Shown here: one piece after another, positions 56,258 through 64,000 of the stretch | Position numbering within the stretch: the stretch's first letter is position 1 | Layout of the letters: each line of letters opens with the position of its first letter | From: Raillietiella orientalis | Lineage: Eukaryota | DNA: 64,000 nucleotides | Assembly: GCA_036172245.1 (NCBI GenBank) | Contig: JAYWIR010000005.1 | Location: 806,001-870,000 of the forward strand | Direction: 5' to 3' | Notes under the pieces: generated by a model | Told to the model about the DNA's origin: nothing | Seen by the model: the letters and a program-made list of their open reading frames with translations, nothing else | Databases searched by the model: none | Translations under genes and position numbers: made by a program

Positions 56258-59200
56258 CTGAAACACAAAAAGAAAGCAGCGGTTACACATACACGTTGTG
56301 AAAAGTGCATCACTCTTGATGACGGGTCCGGAAGAAGGTTTTTAGCTGTGGCTTCGGACCCCGAGATTCTCGATGGTGCATCCGCACCGTCCTGGCGTGG
56401 ATGTATTGTGTACAAAGAATGTGACTAGGCGGAATGACACGAGCGGCTGCCGGCACGGCAGAAACCGAGGAAGTACATACGCGAAGGTAAATACAAATTC
56501 GAGCGAGGGCCCTTCAGGAGGGCAGTGGAGAATCTCTTGAACCGCGTTTTCATCCGGGAAGAAAATCTGCAGCCTTTTTCACTTTCACGCACACCACGCA
56601 GTTTCCTCCTCTGCAGGCATTTCTCTACAAGAGCAAAGTAATTGCAGTCCTTAACTAAAGCCTCCTTAACTTGAAATCCCTACGGAGGGTGGGTTTGAAA
56701 AAAAAGGAAAGAGATGGCAGGAGTTCCATCGCGCACATACGAGAAATGGGTGGGCAGGCGACAGCAGAGGACTTTCGCTTTTAGAGGAAAAACTAATTCT
56801 AGAGCTTGGCTGTTGCCGACGGTAAAATTGACCAGCAGCTCCATCTGGGCTAATCATTGGGACGCCTGCGATACACAGATGCAATCCGAATTTGCAGAGG
56901 AACAGGCACATTTTCGTATCACAAGAGAGGTGCAATGGAACCACACGAACTGCACACCGATGGTGGTGGCGGCCGAGCCGAACGTTTCCCCTTTTGCGTC
57001 TTCTTTTCTTTTCTTTTTTGTGTGTTTTGCTTCAAGGAAACAGTCGCTTTGTCTGCGCTGAAGTGCTGCAAAGGCCACAGCTCTTGGGACAGAAACAGCC
57101 CGTTCTGACAACTGGAACCTGTTCTGCGAGGGACCTTCCGATGGGTGACGTCCGCGCGCACAAGATCCACGCGTCGAAGGCGTTCCTGTTTTTTTTTTTT
57201 TTTTTTTTTTTTTTTTACGAGAGTTGGCGTTCACCCCGACAAAACGTTTTGTCTCTCTCTGCGGACGTTTCACATGGCGTGTGCTCACCGTTCGACTCGG
57301 CGACAAGCGTACGACACACACCCTCAACCTCTCTCTGAGAAAATGTTCACATGGTAGCGGGGACCCACCGTTCCGCGAAACCGCGGTGGGCAGGGTACCA
57401 GCGGGATGCTGTTGCCGGGCGCGAAACGTTCCCGGTTGATGCTTACAATCAATACGCAGATGCGATCCAGCGTGATGTTTCCGAGCAAAACACAGAACCC
57501 AGATGCCCTCCTCTCCCTGGGAGCACACAACGCCGTTTGCGAAACGTTCATTTTCTTTGAGCGCAACGACCTCTGCCGAGGAGCACTCCTTTCGCAAAAT
57601 GGCGTTTAAGAGAAGCCATTACATTTAATTTGCTCACCCACATTTATAACTAGCTTGGCTCGCCTTCGTTACAGACCGTGGTCCCTGACCGGCCTTTACA
57701 CTTCGTGAACTCTTCCCTCCGGATTTTTTTTTTTTTTTTTTTTTTTTTACTCACACAATCTTAGGATGTTCCCGTCAAGGATCATCATGTTGTGTTGGCA
57801 TTCAATTTGAAACGCATTTGACGTGACGTCAAATGTTCATTACATATATATAATTTGCAAACGCATGCAAAAATCGGAAATGAAAATCAAAGGATGCGGC
57901 ATTCATCCGAAATCGTTTGTGACAAGAGCAAACGTGCAAACATCCGTGACTACTGTTTTGGGGAAGATTCCCCACTTGCCGGAACGAGCGCGTGTACACA
58001 CGAAAGACACGGAAATCCTCCACTCGGTATAGCCTCTCAGGTACAATTTAAGTGTCCCAACAGATTACTTGTTTCGAAAAGTGGGTCCTGAGGAAATATT
58101 CGTTTCGGCCCTACCGGATACGAGCAGCTGGCGCAGGCTCCTTCGCTGAAAGGCCACTGGCACGAACACTCTCAAACAAACACCGCCACGGAGCATTCCT
58201 TCCGCTGGATAATCAAGGGCGGCCAAGAAGAATCCATCGCTCCCGACACGCACACTGCTTTCACCTCATGCAACGATCCTCTGCCGTGATCTTCAACTCC
58301 GGAATTCCTTAGATGGCCACAGTCCGGATTCCGACCGAGTGCCTCTACACACCTCGAGCATCAATAAAATACTTTCGCTTTCCGATTAGGTTTTTCTCTC
58401 CCCCCCCCCCCGTCGTTGCTGTGAATCCCAAGAATTGACTTCGATTGGAGGCATGGTCAAGGTCAGCCAAGTCCATGGAAAAATTTGGAATCGCTTACTC
58501 ACACATGCGTTATTGGCGACTAGGAAAGAGGATGGGAAAGATGCTTTCCGAACAAATTATCTGTGCGCGGGTTGACGAGCGTGCCGCTGACTAACTGCCC
58601 CTTAGCATTTTCCAGATTTCAGTTCTTGGATCGCAAACAAATCTCGGCATTCTTCCTTGCGGTTTGTTTTTGTTTCTGTGATGTACCTGCTTGTTTTCAA
58701 TGGGTTTGAAAAGTACCCCCACTCTTTCATGAGCGACGGTGCGCTCGAGGCAGCCAAGCGTGGCACGGCGAGACGACTTCCTCCTCACGTACCTCCGAGG
58801 AAGATCGATCAGCAAGAATCCTCTTAAACGCACACAATCTCGCACACCCGTTGCGGCGGGAATGTGGCCGATACGAAACTCACATGTGCCGCAATGCTGT
58901 CACACACGCGTGCTGGCAAAACGCTCGTCCACAGGCGGCGGGCGGGCAGCTGGAGCCACGCTCTATTCTTCCGCTTGCATCGCTCGTGGCAACTGGACGG
59001 CTTTGCACAGCAGCTGTCAGTAACTTGAAAGAGTTTTTTTTTTTCCCCCCCTCACTCACAGAAATCGAAATAACGCACGAGGGAGCACGGAGGCACCAGG
59101 AGACACGAAGGGCATTCCGACACAAAGTGATCTTCCCGCACTGACCTTACGCTTCAAAACATAAAGGAATACCGCCGAAAAATCTCGAACTGCCGTCTGT

Positions 59201-62200
59201 TGGGCGAGGCAGGGACTACAAAGACAACGACATAGCTCACCGGTTCACCGAGTCACTGAATCTTCATTTAATTTACATGCTTTCGTCGGTTTACGTAGTA
59301 CGTGGTGAAACGTGCCTCAGGCGGTTTGGAGAGCGAGCGACCTTGCCGGGGCCCTAAAACTTCAGCAAACTACGTCCGAAATAAAACCCGATGCGACCGA
59401 CCGGGCCGCAGGGAGGCAAAACACTGACGGGAACATCGTGACCTGGGAATGCGTTGACGGCCAAGAGTGTTTCGCTGATGACCCCAAGTGCGGATTCCCG
59501 GTGATATTCGCACTCATTTCACGTCGCGAAGCGCGACAGCAATTCATACAGGAAGAAGAAGACCGTTTCGAAAAAATTTTCGGGACTGCGGAGGGACTTC
59601 TCGACTGGGCGCGTGAAGACGTGAAAACAATTCTTTTGGAATTCGAAAGTTGCAGATTTTGTAAACAGAAGAAAAAAAGGAAAAAACTCCTCGATGTAAA
59701 AATAGGAAATTTTGCACATGGAAGCGATTTCGGTTCTGTACCATTAGCGCACGTGATCTAATCACATCATTGTACACGGAATACAAGATGTGAACATAGC
59801 CTTTTATCCTCAACAAAGAGTACTTTCTGGCACAGCAAAACACACACACACACATACACGTATGACAATACATACGCGCACACAATCTTACAAGTGGGTT
59901 GATAGGCCCCACGTATACAACAGGAACATTGCAAAGGAATACAACACGCCTGAACACAGAAACCTGCGATTCCCTGGGACATGATTCCTGTCCCATGAGA
60001 AACTGGAGCTGCTGCTCTGATCTGCACCTCGCAGCGTCTGAGTTCCTTTTAGTAACAACAGTTTTACTGATGCGATAGCACGTGAATGGAAGATGAAATC
60101 ATCGGTTTCCGTGATCCGAAATGTCATCTGATATTGAGATACTGACTGCAGATGCACATCGTTAAATCGTGGATCGAAAGAACGCGACGCCCTCGAGCTG
60201 GTCGCTTGGGCTGAAGCAAAACACACACACGGAACGTGCTTTAATTTTTTCTTCTTCTTCATCTGCTGCACGCGGCTGCAGTGAATCGTGAATTTCCTAT
60301 TGCACCTCATTCGCCACAATGAGCGCTCAGGGGTTCCAGACCTCCCTATTTATCGTACAAATTTACTCCGTACATCAAATAAACCCGCACACGAGGAGAG
60401 AGAGGAGAGAAGAGAAGAAAAAAAAAAAAAAAAATGAGATCGGTGCGCGTCGCCAAGCGTTCCCGCTGTGCAATGGCAACCAAGTGAAATCTCAGCTTCT
60501 TGAGCTCGTGCGCTACGACCCATCAGCGCATTCCATTAAAACCGGACGGTCAAAGGACAGTGTCAAGGAGCATCCAAGACTGTAACCACATCTGCATCCA
60601 AAGCGCGACTTGGACTTGGATGGAGTTCTCGATGAACCACAAACACCAGAAAGCGAACGGAAATCCAAGACCAATTTCATGAACTGGAGCAGGGTTGCAC
60701 GCACGCACGGACAACGCGCGATCTCTTCGCAAACGGCGGATAAACGAACCACACGCTGCACAGAAAAGTGCTTAATGACCACCTTAATGCAAATACGGAA
60801 ACGGGTCAGTGCTACCTAAAGATTTAGCGCCCTACTTGCCACTTCTCTCCGCTCTGTAACTGAGGAAGTACTTTACTTTTTCAGAATGGTCTTTTGGTGG
60901 AAGCGCCAGCAGCAAAGCACGTCGAACATAGCCTGTTGAGATGGACGGAAGTATGTCCCCAACATCACTCATGAGTGCAAGATGGCGACCGGAACTCCAC
61001 TCCTCTCATTTGCACGGAGGCTCGACGCTCGCTTTTGCAAAACACTTTTTCCCAGAAGTTTCGGAACATCGGTAACCTCAAAATTCGCTCGAGAGAGTCG
61101 CCTCCTGCACTGCCGACCGCTTGCAGGGAGGATTGCAGGGGGGACTGCGGTCAGAAAAACAACTGCGCCAGCCTACCTCCGGCGGCGCGTCTCACGCGAG
61201 TGACGTAAGCTTCCTCCTACCCTTATGCGCTACTGATGCAGCTCTCGTCCACACGGAATCACCGCTCACCGTGCCCACCAAGCAAACGGAGGAGGAGGAG
61301 ATCTCCACAGACACGCCATCGCCGTCCGTAAACTCGAGAGAAGATGCGTGCGGTGTTCTATCGGATAACGTGGACGGAAACAAACACGAAAGATCTACGG
61401 GAGATCCAGATCGGGAGAGTCGGTCCGAGGCATTCCAGGGACTGCGACCGGATGTGGGGGAAACCGTTCGTTGGTAAACGGCGAGCAAAGGAATGCATTT
61501 CGGTTGGATTCGCTCGTTTGCACGTTTCAGGTGTTGCCCCTTCGGACAGCCTCCCGTGTGTTCTTCCCATCCCAAAATTCATGCTCCAACAGGTCCACAA
61601 GGAAACACCGTCAGTAAAACACAGCTGACAAAACACTGTTCTCCGTGCAAACTTTGGAAGAATGCTCTTCAGGAAAGAGTTTGCTTCCGTCTCGCAAGAA
61701 AAAAAAAGCAAAACAAAAAAACTAAAAAGGGAAGACCTAATTTACTGGTGTTTGTGATGAAGCACTGAGGTTCACATCATCTGTAATCCCACTGCATCCT
61801 GGGACAGTTCGAAATCTGCGAATCAGATCTCTTCGTGAAACACATCCTGATGAGCGGCGACGAGGGAGGAGGGGGTCACACATTCCTTCTCCTATGGGCG
61901 CTGGATGAGCTCCTTCCTTTGGCCCAGCAGACTCATTCTGATATGGGTTGATCCTGACCACTTGTGGCGAGAAGGCATCCAAGAACGCGAGGGCGAAAAA
62001 AAAGAAAGAAAGAAAACCTCGAGGGCGTCGAAGAAATCCAAACAGCTGCCGAGCAACCTGCTTGAATGCGCTCCGCGCACCGAGGGGTGGCTGGGAACAC
62101 AAATGAAGGGCGACGGTTTGGAAAATCTCCCTCCTATGCTGTGCACATACCCCGGACGCACTTCGGTCTTTGTCAAGCTGCTGTATCCAAAAGATACAGC

Positions 62201-63312
62201 AACTCTACTGCTAGGAGCACGTTCGTTCCTGGCAACGAGAGAGACGCTGAAAGCCGAGACGGGAGGGAGGGAATCCATCGAACATCAGGACAAGGCGATG
62301 CGAGGCACCCGCGTCGCGGGTGAGGAAGACGAACTTCTGGCGTGAAAGGACAACAACAAAAAGCATTTCGTTCCAAAGAAGGAAGGCGCGCAGCGAGGGT
62401 CCCCGTTCCTCAAGCACGGCACGCAGCGACCTCCGCTCTCTGCTGTCGAAAGCACTGCACGCGGGTGCCACGTCGTTTATCGCAGACCTGTCCACAGCTC
62501 CATCAAGAGCGGGAAGCTTTCTAAAGAGAAAGGATGGCACCCGGAGCACGGTGTCGACGGAGCTAGCAGACGGATGGGATGTGGAGAAGTGGCAACGAGT
62601 CGAGAGGAAGAGAGAAGGGGGGGGGGGGCGGTCTCTGGGTATATTCGAGGCTGAGGTGTTCCTCGCCCGGTTTCCGCTTCGCTCCGAGCGTGGTGACCTG
62701 GCTGCACACACACTTCCGCTTCTGGACGGAGTCGTCCGAGGCGGCGGCAGCGAAGGCAGACGGGATCCTCGAGAGATTCCTCCCGAAAGCGGCCTCTTGT
62801 TGCCAACGGCAGCAGAGAAACGGAGGGTGGAGATGTCTTGGGAAAAGCACGCACGCCCTTCCCGAGGGGAAGGCAACCTTCCTCCTCCTCCTCCTCCTCC
62901 CCCTCCCCCTCCCAATTGAACCTCGCACGTCTTTGGTTTTTTTTTTTGTTTGACAGCCCTTCGAGAATTCCGCGTGCCCGAAAAGCGGCGAGGGAAGCAT
63001 GTAGTGTGGACTCGTTTCCGCCTACACAGATCTTTCCGTGCTTCTTTCGTTTTTTTGCAGAGGAACCGCAGCATCCGGGACGACGCATGCAGGGGAGTCC
63101 TCGCTGGGGATACCTCCTGTCCGCATCACAATATAACGCCCAGATCGTTCCCCACTAAGCGCTACGGAGAATTCCTTAGCGGGGGAGAACTGGGGGGGGG
63201 GGGATCCGAGAAGCGCGCCAGCTGCCCGAGCGCATCCGCTAGTGTTCGGGACGCGTGCGTGAACTGGCCGATGAGGTCACGTGATACGGAATCGCCGTCC
63301 CCCCCCCCCTCA

Positions 63313-63336
63313 GCACGCACGCACGCACGCACGCAC
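63313..63336 (+). repeat. (GCAC)n tetranucleotide microsatellite
   Basis: gcacgcacgcacgcacgcacgcac. Confidence 0.85.
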
Positions 63337-64000
63337 GGACGCGCGACGAGAACGCAAGGGACCGGCGCGCTTGCCTCCCTCATTTCCCCTCCCCCCCTCC
63401 CCCGCACGAAATGGGAGGGAAGCAGTCCCGGAGAGCGTGGCTGCCGGGAGCGTCGCCATCGTGCGCCGTTCGGAAATGGCGTTGCCGAGAGCGGAGCACT
63501 CCGCACCCCCCTGAAACGAACGGGCGAGCGGGAGGCGAGCACGCACTCCGGAAGTTCAGCGAGCCGAGGGTTCGTTCTTCTCCGGGAAGGCGCGAAGAGG
63601 GAGAAAAAAAAGCAAACCGAAGCATGGCCGGCTGCACTGCCAGGAGGGTCGCGTCCCTCCCGACGACGGGCGAGCGTGCGAACGAACGCGGCGGCGTCGG
63701 GCTGCAGGAAGGAAGGCGGGCACGCGTCCATGCCTCCCGGCGGCCCCTGCTTCCAAGGACAAGTCCCTCCCGCACCCTTTTCCCACAAACCTGCAGAGCG
63801 GATCGGCGAACCCTACCCGAGGCTCGGCCGGGACAGGATGCGCGCGCAGCCCGGGGCGGAGGTTCGGTCTGACCGGTATTCGGTCAAGCGACCCTTGGAA
63901 GCATTTTTTTTTTTTTTTTTTGCCTCCACGAACAACCGTGGCATCCGTTACGCGGCGCCAGCGCAGCGTGCGAAATAGGAAAGCACGGGCTGCTTTGCTC

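Noticed and set aside
56400..64000. A further protein-coding gene or the Cobl-like first exon
   Set aside because: No recognisable domains or convincing exon chain; probably a Cobl 5' intron or intergenic DNA.

Overview
This is eukaryotic, intron-containing arthropod DNA. It is very GC- and CpG-rich over the first ~48 kb and visibly less so afterwards. Three genes can be reconstructed by hand. (1) A complete 20-exon integrin alpha of the alphaPS2/inflated (RGD-binding) class on + (4565-26105, 1832 aa, all intron phases consistent). (2) A 4-exon gustatory-receptor (Gr, 7tm_7) gene on + (28744-41361, 388 aa). (3) A cordon-bleu (Cobl)-like gene on - (42031-56229) with a ubiquitin-like Cobl domain, KRAP motifs and one C-terminal WH2; its middle exons are only partly resolved. 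A decayed mitochondrial insertion (cox1-trnL2-cox2, the pancrustacean gene order) lies in a Cobl intron. The most notable signals are in the integrin. A frame-preserving 12-nt microexon flanked by Rbfox- and Muscleblind-type motifs would insert Cys-Tyr-Cys-Arg into a ligand-binding propeller loop. A ~825-aa Ser/Gly/His-rich leg insert carries five ~192-nt tandem repeats. A furin site is formed only by splicing an in-frame 69-nt intron, and the stop codon sits in a UGA-CUAG readthrough context. Family assignments come from remembered motifs; no database search was run. Most long ORFs in the supplied track are GC-rich artefacts.
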